Part shown: positions 18,598 to 31,659 of the stretch, piece by piece
How positions within the stretch are numbered: the stretch's first letter is position 1
How the letters are laid out: each line of letters starts with the position of its first letter
Source of the DNA: Spirochaetia bacterium
Lineage (GTDB): Bacteria > Spirochaetota > Spirochaetia > SZUA-6 > Bin103
Assembly (NCBI GenBank): GCA_965199955.1
Contig: CBDATQ010000001.1
Coordinates: 544,001-608,000, forward strand
DNA length: 64,000 nucleotides
Direction: 5' to 3'
The notes under the pieces: model-generated
The model's input: only the letters and a program-made list of their open reading frames with translations
Database searches by the model: none
What the model was told of the DNA's origin: nothing
Translations under genes and position numbers: made by a program

Positions 18598-19820
18598 AGC
18601 CGGTAGAGGACGATCGCCAGCACGGCGGCGACGCAGCCGGCGACGAACACCGGATCGTAGCCCCAGGCGGCGATCACCGGGCCGCCGCCGAAGCCGACCG
18701 CGATGAAGGACAGCGCCGCCGCCGTCTCGGTGGCGCCCGCCATCTTGGTCCGCCAGCGTCCGGACACGCTGCTCATGGCGGTGAGCAGGATGGCGGTGCG
18801 GGCGATGTGGGTGATGCCGTTGAAGCCGATCAGTGTGACGAGCGCGCCGGGGCGCGAGTCGAACAGGGCGATCGGCAGCATCACCAGCGCCACCGCCGCC
18901 ATGGAGACGTACAGCGTGCGGTCGGCGCCGAAGCGGCGGATCAACTCAGCGGACGCCAGCACCAGCGGGATGGCGAGCGCCATGGACGCCGACCACGCGG
19001 TGCCGATCGCCTGTGAGGTGGCGCCCTGCACCTGGTCCAGAAACACGCTGCCGTAGGTGTACATGATCGCGCCCGGCGTCACCCGCAGCCACATCATCAG
19101 GAACATGACCGCGATCGCCAGCAGCGGCATCCGCTCGTCCGACGGCGGAGCGGCCTGCCCGGCGCGCGCGGGCGGCTCCGGGCCGACGTCCGCCGCGCGC
19201 GAGATCAGGTAGGCTGCAGGCATCGTCGCCACGCCCACCAGCAGCAGCGTCAGGGCGAACGGCTCGGCGTGCTGCTGGGTGAGCCGCAGGAGGTCGGCCG
19301 AGGCAGCCGACAGGAAGCCGCCGACCAGGCTGCCGACCAGGCCGCCGGCCATTCCCGACGCCGCCCACGGGGCATAGGCGCGGGCGTGGGTGCTGGGGGT
19401 CGAGGCGGCCATCAGGTACGGCTGCAGCGCCACCGTGTACAGACCCAGTCCCAGCGAGCGGAACAGCATGATGCACAGGACGAACGGGGTGCGCCCCGCC
19501 GCCGGCATGAACAGCGCGAGCGGGACCAGCACATTGCTGGTCTGTGCCAGCAGCGCCCCCAGCATCATCGCCGTCCGCGGGCGCATCCGGAACGGCAGGC
19601 CGCCGGCGCTCACCGCCACCGCGCAGGCGGCGTACATCACTACGCTGATCGCGTGCAGGCGGCCGACCGCGGTGACGTCGTATCCCAGACGCAGCAGGAA
19701 CAGGTTCATCACCGCGCTCTGCACCCCGAACACGGTGGTGGAGATCATCAGGTCGGCGCCGAGCACCCACCAGAGGTCGCGGCCGAGCCCGGCGGCGTGG
19801 GGCCGCAGTCGAGCGCTCAG
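18558..19820 (-). CDS. MFS transporter (start uncertain: CTG 19820 or GTG 19766)
   Basis: About 12 hydrophobic segments in 6+6 arrangement, LIRRFG loop; frame stays open upstream of the GTG. Confidence 0.8.
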   Translation of the reverse strand: MSARLRPHAAGLGRDLWWVLGADLMISTTVFGVQSAVMNLFLLRLGYDVTAVGRLHAISVVMYAACAVAVSAGGLPFRMRPRTAMMLGALLAQTSNVLVPLALFMPAAGRTPFVLCIMLFRSLGLGLYTVALQPYLMAASTPSTHARAYAPWAASGMAGGLVGSLVGGFLSAASADLLRLTQQHAEPFALTLLLVGVATMPAAYLISRAADVGPEPPARAGQAAPPSDERMPLLAIAVMFLMMWLRVTPGAIMYTYGSVFLDQVQGATSQAIGTAWSASMALAIPLVLASAELIRRFGADRTLYVSMAAVALVMLPIALFDSRPGALVTLIGFNGITHIARTAILLTAMSSVSGRWRTKMAGATETAAALSFIAVGFGGGPVIAAWGYDPVFVAGCVAAVLAIVLYRLYRRRSPAPPVAQ

Positions 19821-19825
19821 AGGAG

Positions 19826-20815
19826 TTAGCTGACGACGTTGCGCGGCTCGCCGCGCAGGAACGCCAGGATGTTGTCGACGGCGCCGCCGTTCAGCAGGTC
19901 CACGCCCTCGGGAGTGGTGTCCGCGCAGTGCGGAGTGAGCACCACCTGCTCGCAGGATAGCAGCGGGTCATCGGCCGGCAGCGGTTCCTCGGTGAACACG
20001 TCCAGGCCGGCTCCGTCCAGGTGGCCGGAGTCCAGGGCGGCCTTGAGCGCCGCCGCATCGACGATCGGACCGCGCGCGGTGTTGACCAGCAGCGTACCGG
20101 GCCGCATCAGCGCCAGCTCGCGCGCCCCGATCAGGCCGCGGGTCGTCTCGGTGAGCTTGAGGTGGATGCTCACCGCATCCGCGGTGGACAGCAGCTCGTC
20201 CAGCTCCAGGAAGCGCACCCCCAGCCGCTCCGCGCGCTCGGGCGAGGGATGCGGGGTCCAGGCCACCACCTCCATGCCGAGCGCCTGCCCCAGGCGCGCC
20301 ACGGCGCCGCCGATGTCGCCGGCGCCGATCACCCCCAGCGTCTTGCCGCCCAGAAAGACGTTGTCCATCCGCTCCCACCGGCCCGCGCGCATCGACTCGG
20401 TAAAAAAGGCGGCGCGCTTGGCCGCGGCCATGAGCAGCGCGACGGCGTGCTCGGCGACGATCGGAGCGGTGCGGCCGGGCTGGTTGCAGACCAGGATGCC
20501 CAATTCCCGCGCCACGGCCAGGTCGATGTTGTCGACGCCGATCGAGCAGGTCGCGATCAGCGCCAGCTTCGGCAAGCGGCGGAGGGAGTCTTCGTGCCAG
20601 GACACCTGCGCCCGCGAGTTGAGGATCACGTCCGCGTCGCTCGCGCGCTCCAGCTGTTCCTCGAGTCCGCCCGGCAGGTCGGTGAAGACGGTGACCCGGT
20701 GCGGATCGAGCCGGCGCAACTGTGGGGAGTCGGCGATATGCAGGGGATGATCCCCCGGGATCACGATATGCGCGGGCTCTCGTGCGGTGCGGTCCGGAAG
20801 GGCAGGTGCGCTCAT
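19826..20815 (-). CDS. D-2-hydroxyacid dehydrogenase (SerA/glyoxylate reductase-like)
   Basis: GVIGAGDIG, NTARG, LDVFTEEP, LTPH. Confidence 0.93.
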   Translation of the reverse strand: MSAPALPDRTAREPAHIVIPGDHPLHIADSPQLRRLDPHRVTVFTDLPGGLEEQLERASDADVILNSRAQVSWHEDSLRRLPKLALIATCSIGVDNIDLAVARELGILVCNQPGRTAPIVAEHAVALLMAAAKRAAFFTESMRAGRWERMDNVFLGGKTLGVIGAGDIGGAVARLGQALGMEVVAWTPHPSPERAERLGVRFLELDELLSTADAVSIHLKLTETTRGLIGARELALMRPGTLLVNTARGPIVDAAALKAALDSGHLDGAGLDVFTEEPLPADDPLLSCEQVVLTPHCADTTPEGVDLLNGGAVDNILAFLRGEPRNVVS

Positions 20816-20853
20816 CGCGGCGACAAAGTAGGCGTTGGGCGCATCGCCGACAA

Positions 20854-21726
20854 CTATGACCGGCCCGGCGCCCGGATTTTGTCCTCGTTCAGGCCCAGTG
20901 AGACGAGCATGCGCTCGAACCGTGCGCGCGGCGCACCCTGCCACTGCAGGTCGCCGACGGACTCCGCGATGGGCACGTCGGTCACCAGGGTGGCCAGGCG
21001 CTTGTACAGCAGCGCCCGGTCTCGCCCCGCGTTGAGGTTTCGCGCCAGCGCCTCGGCGCCGCGGGGCCGCACCGACCACTCGCCCGGGTCCTCCGGGATC
21101 GCCTCGATTTTGCCATAGCGGGACAGCACCGTCGCCGCGGTGCGGGCGCCCCAGCGCGGGATGCCCGGCAGCCCGTCGGCGCCGTCACCGACCAGCGCCA
21201 GGAAGTCGGGAACGGACGCGGGCAGCACCCCGAAGCGCTCGCGCACGCCGGCCTCGTCACGGCCCGCGCGCCGGATGCGGTCGAAGGTGACGATGCGCTC
21301 GCCGTCCACGACCTGCGCCAGGTCCTTGTCCGGCGAGCAGATCACCACCTGCTCGACGTGCGGTTGAGCGGCGCATCGCAGCGCTGCCGTGGCCAGGGCG
21401 TCGTCGGCCTCGTACTCGTCCATCGGCCAGGTGACGATGCCGAGCGCCCGCGACGCCTCCTCGGCCTGATCGAACTGGGCCAGCAGCTCCTCCGGGACAC
21501 CGGCGCTCGACTTGTACGGCTTGAACAGCCGGTTGCGGAACGACTCGATGGGGTTGTCGAAGGCGCAGGCGACGTGGGTCACGTCGCGCTGCCGGAGCAG
21601 GGCGGCCAGCGAACGCAGCAGACCGGCAACCGCGCCCACTTCCTGGCCCGACGGCGCGCGCAGGGGCGGCGCGCCGTGGTAGGCGCGAAACAGCTCGAAG
21701 GTACCGTCGACCAGGTGGACCCGCAC
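20854..21726 (-). CDS. Stand-alone 5'-3' exonuclease/flap endonuclease
   Basis: LVDG, FR...YK, EADD, DKDLAQ, LVGDGADGLPG H3TH motif. Confidence 0.93.
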   Translation of the reverse strand: MRVHLVDGTFELFRAYHGAPPLRAPSGQEVGAVAGLLRSLAALLRQRDVTHVACAFDNPIESFRNRLFKPYKSSAGVPEELLAQFDQAEEASRALGIVTWPMDEYEADDALATAALRCAAQPHVEQVVICSPDKDLAQVVDGERIVTFDRIRRAGRDEAGVRERFGVLPASVPDFLALVGDGADGLPGIPRWGARTAATVLSRYGKIEAIPEDPGEWSVRPRGAEALARNLNAGRDRALLYKRLATLVTDVPIAESVGDLQWQGAPRARFERMLVSLGLNEDKIRAPGRS

Positions 21727-21753
21727 CGGTCCGTCAGCCCGGGGGATGGCCCC

Positions 21754-22338
21754 CTACCACCACCCCATCTTGTCGCGCAGCGTGTTGACGTGGGCGATGT
21801 GGTGCTGCCCGTGCCACGCATAGCTCTGCACGATCCAGCCGATGGTGATCACGCCATGCTCGGGGTGATTCAGCGTTCGCTTGAACGCGTCCTCGTCCAG
21901 GGCGCGCAGCGCAGCCACCCAGCGGGCGTGCAGCGCCTCCAGCAGGCTCATGGACGATTCGATCGGGGAGGTCGAGCCGTCGGGCAACTCCGCCCAGGCG
22001 GCCTCGTCATAAGGCTTGATCGTCGGCTCCTCCTCGGTGAGGGCCAGCTTGGTGCGCACGTAGGCGTTCAGGTGGCTGTCCGCCAGATGGTGCACGACCT
22101 GCCGCACGGTCCAGCCGTCCGGCCGGTAGGGGGTGTCGAGCTGGCGCTCGGACAGATCCTGGACCAGGGCGCGCAACTCGCCGGGAACCCGGCCGATCTG
22201 GTCGATCCAGCCCTTGTGCTTCGCGCGGGTGGGCTGCGGATCAAGCTCGAACCTGCCGATCGGAAACCGGAGGGCCTCCATCCGCGCGTCGTCGATGGCC
22301 GCGCCGTCGCTCGTCGTATCGTTAGAGTAGTCTTCCAC
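21754..22338 (-). CDS. YfiT/BstA-type DinB-superfamily thiol transferase (start GTG 22338 or ATG 22281)
   Basis: LRFPIG, LDTPYRPDGWTVRQVVHHLADSH, YAWHGQHH. Confidence 0.92.
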   Translation of the reverse strand: MEDYSNDTTSDGAAIDDARMEALRFPIGRFELDPQPTRAKHKGWIDQIGRVPGELRALVQDLSERQLDTPYRPDGWTVRQVVHHLADSHLNAYVRTKLALTEEEPTIKPYDEAAWAELPDGSTSPIESSMSLLEALHARWVAALRALDEDAFKRTLNHPEHGVITIGWIVQSYAWHGQHHIAHVNTLRDKMGWW

Positions 22339-22398
22339 TAACAAGTTTATACTGCCGCAACGGCCTCTCCGTCGAGCCGTGCTATCGTCAGGGCCGTC

Positions 22399-23475
22399 AT
22401 GGCACACCTGTTCGGACGGACCTTCACGCGGGACGAGTTGCTCGATCTGGTCGGCGACATGAGCCAGGTGGCGGCCGTGCGACGCGCGGAACTGGTCGAG
22501 GGCAACGAGCGCGGCTCGGGGCTGATTGAGGTCACCAACGCCTCCGGCCTGTCCTTTTCGCTGCTGCCGGGGCGCGCCCTGGACATCGCCTCCGCCTTCT
22601 ACCACGGGATGTCGCTCTGTTTCCGCGGCAACACCGGCGACGTGGGGCCGGCCTTCTACGAACCGCCCGGTTACGGCTGGATGCGCGGGTTCTACGGGGG
22701 AATGCTGACCACGTGCGGCATGACCTTCGTGGGCCACCCCGAGGTGGACCCGGAGGAGGAGAACGAGGAGCTCGGCCTGCACGGCCGCATGTCCTTCCTG
22801 CCGGCCAAGCAGGTGCGCGCCGGCGGCCGCTGGCAGGGCGACGACTACGTCATGGAGGCCTCGGGCACGATTCGCGAGGCGGTGGTGTTCGGCACCTGCC
22901 TGGAACTGTCGCGCACGGTGTCGACCACGCTCGGAGAGCGCAGCATCCGCGTCCACGACCGGGTGGAGAACCTGGCCGCCGAACGCTCGCCGCTGATGAT
23001 GCTCTACCACATGAACCCGGGGTTCCCGCTCCTCGATGCCGGCACCCGGCTGGTGGTGAACAGCGAACGGACCACGCGGTGGCAGGACGATGTCGAGGTC
23101 GGGCCCGACGTGTACGCGGTGGCTCCGCCGCCGCAGCCGGGCGGGGGTGACGTGGTGTACGTGCACCGGCCGGTCGCGGACGCCGACGGCATGGCGAGCG
23201 CGGCGCTGCTCAACGATCGCCTCGGCCTGGGGCTCCGCTTCCGCTTCCCGACGGCCGAGGTGCCACTGCTGACGCAGTGGCAGCACTTCGCGACCCGCAC
23301 CTACGTCACCGGCATCGAGCCCGGCAACTGCAGCCCGCTCGGACGCGCCTGGAACCGTGCGAACGGCTACCTCCAGCACATCGAGCCGGGCCAACTGCGC
23401 GAGTTCCACATGGAGATCACGGTGCTGGACGGCGCCGGGGAGCTGGCTGCCGCCGAGCGCGAAATCGCCGGGTGA
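22399..23475 (+). CDS. Aldose 1-epimerase-like protein (DUF4432)
   Basis: RALDI, GGMLTTCG, GLHGR, LYHMN, GIEPGN. Confidence 0.88.
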   Translation: MAHLFGRTFTRDELLDLVGDMSQVAAVRRAELVEGNERGSGLIEVTNASGLSFSLLPGRALDIASAFYHGMSLCFRGNTGDVGPAFYEPPGYGWMRGFYGGMLTTCGMTFVGHPEVDPEEENEELGLHGRMSFLPAKQVRAGGRWQGDDYVMEASGTIREAVVFGTCLELSRTVSTTLGERSIRVHDRVENLAAERSPLMMLYHMNPGFPLLDAGTRLVVNSERTTRWQDDVEVGPDVYAVAPPPQPGGGDVVYVHRPVADADGMASAALLNDRLGLGLRFRFPTAEVPLLTQWQHFATRTYVTGIEPGNCSPLGRAWNRANGYLQHIEPGQLREFHMEITVLDGAGELAAAEREIAG

Positions 23476-23493
23476 CGCCCCGGCGTCATACCG

Positions 23494-24918
23494 TCAGAGG
23501 TGGGCGGCGCCGATGTCGGTCGGCAGGTCGACTCCCCCGAGGGATCCGTTTCCGGAGTGTCCGTTGTGGGCGCCCCTCCCGTGCGGCGTGACCGGCCCGT
23601 TGGGCACGTGCACGTGCTCGATCTCCGCGCCCAGTGAGCGGTACACGGCAAGCACGTCCGGGTAGCGGCGGCGCAGGATGTCCGTGCCGTGGATGACGGT
23701 CTCGGCCGGATCGGCCAGCGCGGCCAGGAACAGCGCCTTGACCGACTGGATCACTTCCGGCGGGGTGACCTCTCCGCCGTGGAAACGGGTCGGCGGCTCC
23801 GGCACCACGACCCGCTGCGAGTCGAGCAGCTCGATGTCGGCGCCGAGCTGGTTGAGCTGATGGACGAAGTTCAGCCCGTGCTCGTACATCCAGTTCTGGA
23901 ACAGGATGCGCCCGTTCATCTTGCACGCCAGGGAGACCATCACCGGCAGGACGTCGGTCGGGAAACCCGGCCAGGGTCGCACCGCCAGCTTCGGCAGTCC
24001 GGGGGCGGCCGACGGCAGCAGCTCCGCGTTCAGGAACAGCTCGTCGGTGCCGTCGGCGATCAGGTCGGCGCCGTCGCGGGTGATGGCGAGCCCGAAGCGC
24101 TCGAACCAGTCGATGAGCCCGGTCATGATGTCGGGCAGGTTGGCGCCGCGGATGCGGATCCGGCCGCCGGTCATGCCGGCCGCGACGATGAAGCCGGATA
24201 TGTCCACGTGGTCCGGGGACGGCCGGAAATCGACGGTCTCCGTCCGGCCGTCGATGCCGCCGGTCACGGTCACCCGGTTGGTGTTGATGCCTTCGATCTG
24301 CGCGCCCAAGTCGCACAGCAGGTCGAGCAGGTCGCGCACGTGCGGCTCACAGGCGGCGTCGACGATCTCCACCGTCGTGCCGGTGCCGGCGGCGTACATG
24401 GCGACGTTCTCGGTCGCGGTGACGCTGGCCTCCGGCAGCCAGACGGTGCGCCGGGGCCGGTCGTCGCGCGGTGCGTTGAACCGCAGGTAGCCGTCCACTT
24501 CCTCGACGGTGACGCCGAGCGCCCGGAATGCGGCGATGTGGGTCTCCAGCGCGCGCTGCCCGAGGCGGCAACCGCCCGGCATCGGCAGCTCGGCCACGCC
24601 GAAGCGGGCCAGCAACGGCCCGACAAACAGCACCGGTGCGCGAAACCGGGAGCCGAGATCGGCGTCGACCCGATGCGACGAGACGGGCCGGCAGTCGATG
24701 GTGACGTCGCGGCCGGCCTCTTCCACGGCCGCCCCCCAGTGGCGGTAGATGGACAGGAACGTCTCCACGTCGCTAGTTGCCGGCAGGTCGCGAAAGCGCA
24801 CGGGACGATTGCACATCACCGCCACCGGCAATGCCGCCATCAGAGAATTCTTGTTCTGGATCGGCAGGACCGTCCCGCTCAGCCGGTGACCGCCCACGAT
24901 CCGATACGTCCCGTTTAT
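23494..24918 (-). CDS. murA: Divergent MurA-like enolpyruvyl transferase (start ATA 24918 or ATG 24951)
   Basis: KNS, FRA, PGGCRLGQR, SVTATEN, EPHV, PGFPTD; C-terminal motifs are altered. Confidence 0.8.
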   Translation of the reverse strand: MNGTYRIVGGHRLSGTVLPIQNKNSLMAALPVAVMCNRPVRFRDLPATSDVETFLSIYRHWGAAVEEAGRDVTIDCRPVSSHRVDADLGSRFRAPVLFVGPLLARFGVAELPMPGGCRLGQRALETHIAAFRALGVTVEEVDGYLRFNAPRDDRPRRTVWLPEASVTATENVAMYAAGTGTTVEIVDAACEPHVRDLLDLLCDLGAQIEGINTNRVTVTGGIDGRTETVDFRPSPDHVDISGFIVAAGMTGGRIRIRGANLPDIMTGLIDWFERFGLAITRDGADLIADGTDELFLNAELLPSAAPGLPKLAVRPWPGFPTDVLPVMVSLACKMNGRILFQNWMYEHGLNFVHQLNQLGADIELLDSQRVVVPEPPTRFHGGEVTPPEVIQSVKALFLAALADPAETVIHGTDILRRRYPDVLAVYRSLGAEIEHVHVPNGPVTPHGRGAHNGHSGNGSLGGVDLPTDIGAAHL

Positions 24919-25181
24919 CGTACTCCCCTCCCTACGGTAAGGTGCCACCATACCATGACTTGCGTAGATGGCACAACGGGCGCCGGAAGCGCGTTCCGTA
25001 CGGTCAACGACGGCTCCCTGCGTGCTCGGTCGTGAGCTCGACAACATGTTTCGCCCTCCCGACCTTCATTGTCGGCAGGGATCGATGAAAGCTGTTGTCC
25101 CGCGCGCGCTTTCCAGGGCAACTGCGGCGCCGCTCGCCGGGCGTGCGTAAGAACCACCGGCTCCGCGCGGTCCAGACCGCG

Positions 25182-26384
25182 ATGATGAAGTTTCAGTCCT
25201 CCCACGCGCGTGTCGCGTTCGCCATCGTCGCCGTTGCGATCCTGGCCGTCGCCGGGGTCTCGATCGCCGGCCCGCGGGCGGAGGCCTCCGCGATGCCGGC
25301 CGATGCCGGGAGCGTCGAGCTGCTTCCCTCCGAGTCGGCGCCGCCGGGCGCAACCCGGCAGTTCCGGACCGACTTCAGCCGCCACACGGTGCCCTACTCG
25401 CAGATCCTCTCCGGCGGTCCGCCCAAGGACGGCATCCCGGCGGTCGACAACCCGCAGTACCTGTCGGTCGCCGACGCCGATGCCTGGCTCGATCCCCTTG
25501 AGCCGGTCGCCGTGATCGAGGCCGGCGGACGGGTGCGCGCGTATCCGATCCAGGTCCTGACCTGGCACGAGATCGTCAACGACCAGCTCGGCGACCTGCC
25601 GGTGACGGTCACATTCTGCCCGCTCTGCAACACCGCGATCGCCTTCGACCGCCGTTTCGACGACCAGGTGCTGGATTTCGGCACGACCGGGCGGCTGTAT
25701 TACAGCAACCTGATCATGTACGACCGGCAGACCGAGACGTGGTGGCAGCAGGCCACGGGCGAGGGGATCGCCGGCATCTACGCGGGCAGCCGGCTGCGCT
25801 TCGTGCCGCTGGCGATGATCAGTTGGGAGGACTTCAAGGCCTCCTTCCCGGACGGCGACGTCGTGTCCAGTGACACGGGCCATCGGCGCCAGTACGGCAT
25901 GAATCCCTACGGAGGCTACGACCACGAAGGGAGCCGCCCGTTCCTGTACCGCGGTCCCGCCACGCCGGCCGACCTTCCCGCGATGGCGCGGGTGCTGACC
26001 ATCGAGCTGGATGACGAGGCGGTCGCCTATCCCTACGCACTGCTGCAGGAGCGCCGCGTGGTGAACGACCAGGTGGGTGGAACGCCGGTCGCGGTGCTGT
26101 GGGCGGAGGGGACGGCATCGGCTCTCGACCACTCGGTGATCTCCTCCGGCCGGGACGTGGGCGCCGCGGTGCCCTTCTCCCGCCAGGTCGGGGACCGGGT
26201 GCTGGAGTTCGAGTTGCGCGACGGCCGCATCGTCGACACGGCCACGGCATCGGTGTGGAACCACTTGGGCCGGGCGGTGGAAGGCGAGCTTGCCGACACG
26301 CAGCTGGTGCCGGTCGTGGGGGTGAACCACTTCTGGTTCTCGTGGGCGGCCTTTCGGCCGCAGACACGCGTCTTCAGCGGCTGA
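25182..26384 (+). CDS. DUF3179 domain exported protein
   Basis: GGPPKDGIPA, WHEIVND, FCPLCN, GRLYYSNLIMYDRQT, FWFSWAAFRP; signal peptide. Confidence 0.9.
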   Translation: MMKFQSSHARVAFAIVAVAILAVAGVSIAGPRAEASAMPADAGSVELLPSESAPPGATRQFRTDFSRHTVPYSQILSGGPPKDGIPAVDNPQYLSVADADAWLDPLEPVAVIEAGGRVRAYPIQVLTWHEIVNDQLGDLPVTVTFCPLCNTAIAFDRRFDDQVLDFGTTGRLYYSNLIMYDRQTETWWQQATGEGIAGIYAGSRLRFVPLAMISWEDFKASFPDGDVVSSDTGHRRQYGMNPYGGYDHEGSRPFLYRGPATPADLPAMARVLTIELDDEAVAYPYALLQERRVVNDQVGGTPVAVLWAEGTASALDHSVISSGRDVGAAVPFSRQVGDRVLEFELRDGRIVDTATASVWNHLGRAVEGELADTQLVPVVGVNHFWFSWAAFRPQTRVFSG

Positions 26385-26400
26385 TCCCCGGCGCGGCGCG

Positions 26401-26429
26401 TTGACCGCCGCATGGCCGGCGGGTATGTT
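26401..26429 (+). promoter_or_regulatory. Sigma70-type promoter for the sulfite/nitrite reductase
   Basis: TTGACC-17nt-TATGTT. Confidence 0.55.
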
Positions 26430-26502
26430 CTGGCCTCTACGGTGCCTGTGTGAAGCGGGCGCCGACCGCGGACGGGGTAGAGTCGGCGGAGGGGATGACA
26501 GG

Positions 26503-28773
<2,271 letters not shown>

Positions 28774-28791
28774 GCGCCGCCGTAGATCGAC

Positions 28792-29376
28792 ATGGACATC
28801 ACCTCACTGCAGCACGTCAACGTCAAGATAGCCGCGGCCGACGCCGCCGGCTTCGATCTCACCCGCGTCATCTCCGTGTTCCACCGCTGGATCCAGGACG
28901 GCGTCCTGACCGATGAGCTGGCCATCGACGTCGCCGACTACCGTCACGTGCCCGAGGGGCCCGGCGTCATCCTGGTCGCGCACGAGTCGATCTACGGACT
29001 GGACCTGAGGGACGGGTTCCTGGGCCTGCTCTACGACCGGCGCACGGCGGTGGAAGGGACGCCCCAGGAGCGGCTGCAACAGGCCGCGCGGGCGGCGCTG
29101 CACGCCTGCCGGCTGCTGGAGGAAGACCCCGCGCTGTCAGGCGACCTGAGCTTCGACGCCGGCCGCATCCAGGTGAGCGTCAACGATCGCGCGATCGCGC
29201 CGAATACGGACGAGACCGACCGGGCGCTGCGCCCGGAGGTGGAGCGGCTGCTCGAGTCGCTCTGGGGCGCCGGCGACCACGCGATCGAGCGGCTCGGCGA
29301 GCCGCGCGAGCGCTACCGCCTGGCCGCCTCGGCCGGCCGGCAGATCCCGGTCGCGGAGATCCTCAACCGGCTCTGA
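28792..29376 (+). CDS. Hypothetical protein co-transcribed with the reductase
   Basis: GC3-rich ORF 18 nt after the reductase stop; motif-like FHRWIQ...IDVADYRHVPEGPG. Confidence 0.8.
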   Translation: MDITSLQHVNVKIAAADAAGFDLTRVISVFHRWIQDGVLTDELAIDVADYRHVPEGPGVILVAHESIYGLDLRDGFLGLLYDRRTAVEGTPQERLQQAARAALHACRLLEEDPALSGDLSFDAGRIQVSVNDRAIAPNTDETDRALRPEVERLLESLWGAGDHAIERLGEPRERYRLAASAGRQIPVAEILNRL

Positions 29377-29582
29377 CGCGTCGGCGTTGGCTGCCCATGC
29401 ATGTTCGGCGATCTGCCTGCGTGCCCCGGGCAACCTGAGCCGCGATCTGGATCTCCAGGTAGTGCAGCAATCTCATCGAGAGCCTTCCCGGGAGAGCGCC
29501 ATTACGAGACCGATCTTCCCTGAACTCTGAAATCGAGCCGGGGCTGCCGGGCTGCAAGGGCGGCTCCGGAAGCTCCGGGTGG

Positions 29583-31529
29583 CTACTTGCGGCCGGCGAC
29601 CAGGTCGTCGACCACGTTCGGCTCGGCCAGGGTGGAGGTGTCGCCGAGCGCGGCCGGCGAGGTTTCCCCCTCCGCGATCTTGCGCAGGATGCGGCGCATG
29701 ATCTTGCCCGATCGGGTCTTGGGCAGCGACGGCGCGAACTGGATCTTGTCGGGCGAGGCGTGCGGCCCGATGTGGGCGCGCACCTCGCGGACGATCCCCT
29801 TCTCGACGTCCTCCGAAGGCTCCTCTCCGCTCATCAGCGTCACGTAGGCGTAGATTCCCTGGCCCTTGATGTCGTGCGGGTAGCCGACCACGGCCGCCTC
29901 CGCGACCGCCTCGTGCTGGCCGATCGCACCCTCCACCTCGGCCGTGCCGATGCGGTGGCCGGAGACGTTGAGCACGTCGTCGATGCGGCCGGTGATCCAG
30001 TAGTAGCCGTCCTCGTCGCGGCGCGCGCCGTCGCCGGTCATGTAGTAGCCGGGGAAGGTGTCGAAGTAGGTCTGCCGGAACCGTTCGTGGTCGCCGTAGA
30101 CGGTGCGCATGATGCCCGGCCACGCCGCGCGGATGCAGAGCGCCCCGGCGGCGGGATTGCCTTCGACTTCCTTGCCTTCCTGGTCGAGCAGCACCGGCTC
30201 GATGCCGAAGAACGGCAGCGTGGCGGATCCCGCCTTGAGCGGCGTCACCGCCGGCAGCGGCGTGATCAGGATGCCGCCGGTCTCCGTCTGCCACCAAGTG
30301 TCGACGATCGGGCAGCGTCCCTCGCCTACCACGTCGTGGTACCAGCGCCACTCCGGCTCCTTGATCGGCTCGCCGACCGTGCCCAGGAGTTGCACCGATG
30401 ACCGGTCGTACTTCTCCACCCACGTGTTGCCCTCCTTCATCAGGGCGCGCAGGGCGGTCGGTGCGGTGTAGAACTGCTTGACCCGGTGCTTCTCGCACAC
30501 CTGCCAGAAGCGGCCGTTGTCCGGATGGTTGGGCATCCCCTCGAACATGATCGTGGTCGCCCGGTTGGAGAGCGGGCCGTAGATGATGTAGGAGTGGCCG
30601 GTGATCCAGCCGATGTCGGCCGTGCACCAGTAGATGTCGCCCGGGTGGTAGTCGAAGATCATCTGGTGGGTGAACGAGGTGTAAACCAGGTAGCCGCCGG
30701 TGGTGTGCATCACGCCCTTGGGCTTGCCGGTCGACCCCGAGGTGTAGAGGATGAACAGCGGGTCCTCGGCGTCCATCTCCTCAGGCGAGCACTCGGCGGA
30801 GGCGCCGGCCATCTCCTCGTGCCACCAGACGTCCCGGCCGGCCGCCATCGGCACCTCGTCGCCGGTACGGCGCACCACGAACACGCGCTCGATCGACGGC
30901 GTCTCGGCGACGGCCGCGTCGGCGTTGGCCTTCATCGGCAGGCCGCTGCGCGGGCCGCGTACCGCAGTGTCCTGCGTGACCAGCGCCTTGCACTGCGAGT
31001 CGTTGATGCGGTCGCGCAGCGACTCGGCGGAGAAGGCGCCGAACACGATGGAGTGCACGGCGCCGATGCGCGCGCAGGCCAGCATCGCGATCGCCAGCTC
31101 CGGGACCATCTGCAGGTAGATGCAGACGCGGTCGCCCTTGCCGATGCCGTTGGCCTTGAGCACGTTGCCGAAGCGGCCCACCTCGGCCAGCAGCTCGCTG
31201 AACGTGTAGCGCCGGTCGTCACCCGGGTCGTTGCCTTCCCAGATGATCGCCGTCTGATCGCCGTGCCCGGCCTCCACGTGGCGGTCGAGGCAGTTGTAGC
31301 AGGCGTTGAGGGTGGCCCCTTCGAACCAGCGGATGTTGGCGTTGACGAAGTCGTACTGGCGGACGCTGTCCCAGCGGCGGATCCAGGTGATGCGGTCGGC
31401 TACCTCCGCCCAGAAGCTCTCCGGGTCCGCGATGGAGCGCCGGTAGCGGTTGCGGTACTCGTCGATCGACCGGATGTGCGCCCGGTCGATCGGGAAGCGG
31501 CTCTGCTCGGGAGGGTAGATCTTGGCCAT
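29583..31529 (-). CDS. acs: Acetyl-CoA synthetase (AMP-forming)
   Basis: [38 protein letters not shown]. Confidence 0.97.
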   Translation of the reverse strand: MAKIYPPEQSRFPIDRAHIRSIDEYRNRYRRSIADPESFWAEVADRITWIRRWDSVRQYDFVNANIRWFEGATLNACYNCLDRHVEAGHGDQTAIIWEGNDPGDDRRYTFSELLAEVGRFGNVLKANGIGKGDRVCIYLQMVPELAIAMLACARIGAVHSIVFGAFSAESLRDRINDSQCKALVTQDTAVRGPRSGLPMKANADAAVAETPSIERVFVVRRTGDEVPMAAGRDVWWHEEMAGASAECSPEEMDAEDPLFILYTSGSTGKPKGVMHTTGGYLVYTSFTHQMIFDYHPGDIYWCTADIGWITGHSYIIYGPLSNRATTIMFEGMPNHPDNGRFWQVCEKHRVKQFYTAPTALRALMKEGNTWVEKYDRSSVQLLGTVGEPIKEPEWRWYHDVVGEGRCPIVDTWWQTETGGILITPLPAVTPLKAGSATLPFFGIEPVLLDQEGKEVEGNPAAGALCIRAAWPGIMRTVYGDHERFRQTYFDTFPGYYMTGDGARRDEDGYYWITGRIDDVLNVSGHRIGTAEVEGAIGQHEAVAEAAVVGYPHDIKGQGIYAYVTLMSGEEPSEDVEKGIVREVRAHIGPHASPDKIQFAPSLPKTRSGKIMRRILRKIAEGETSPAALGDTSTLAEPNVVDDLVAGRK

Positions 31530-31659
31530 GGGCGAAAGTATACCAAGGCGCGCACGGAACCGCGTCAAGGTCGGGCGTCCGTCCGGGCGATCCTCACGGA
31601 ACCCATCCGCGGGTATGATCGCGCGAGAGTTCGTGAGCGATTCACAGCCGCCGTTGGGC

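Noticed and set aside
25182..26384. Selenoprotein version of DUF3179
   Set aside because: The CPLC motif uses Cys codons and there is no in-frame TGA
26401..26502. ORF-track start of the reductase at TTG 26401
   Set aside because: That TTG is the -35 box of a TTGACC-17-TATGTT promoter; the SD-preceded TTG at 26503 fits better
29363..29557. Minus-strand fragment MRLLHYL resembling an Rpn/YhgA transposase motif
   Set aside because: Too short, motifs fall in different frames, and codon bias is atypical; cannot be supported
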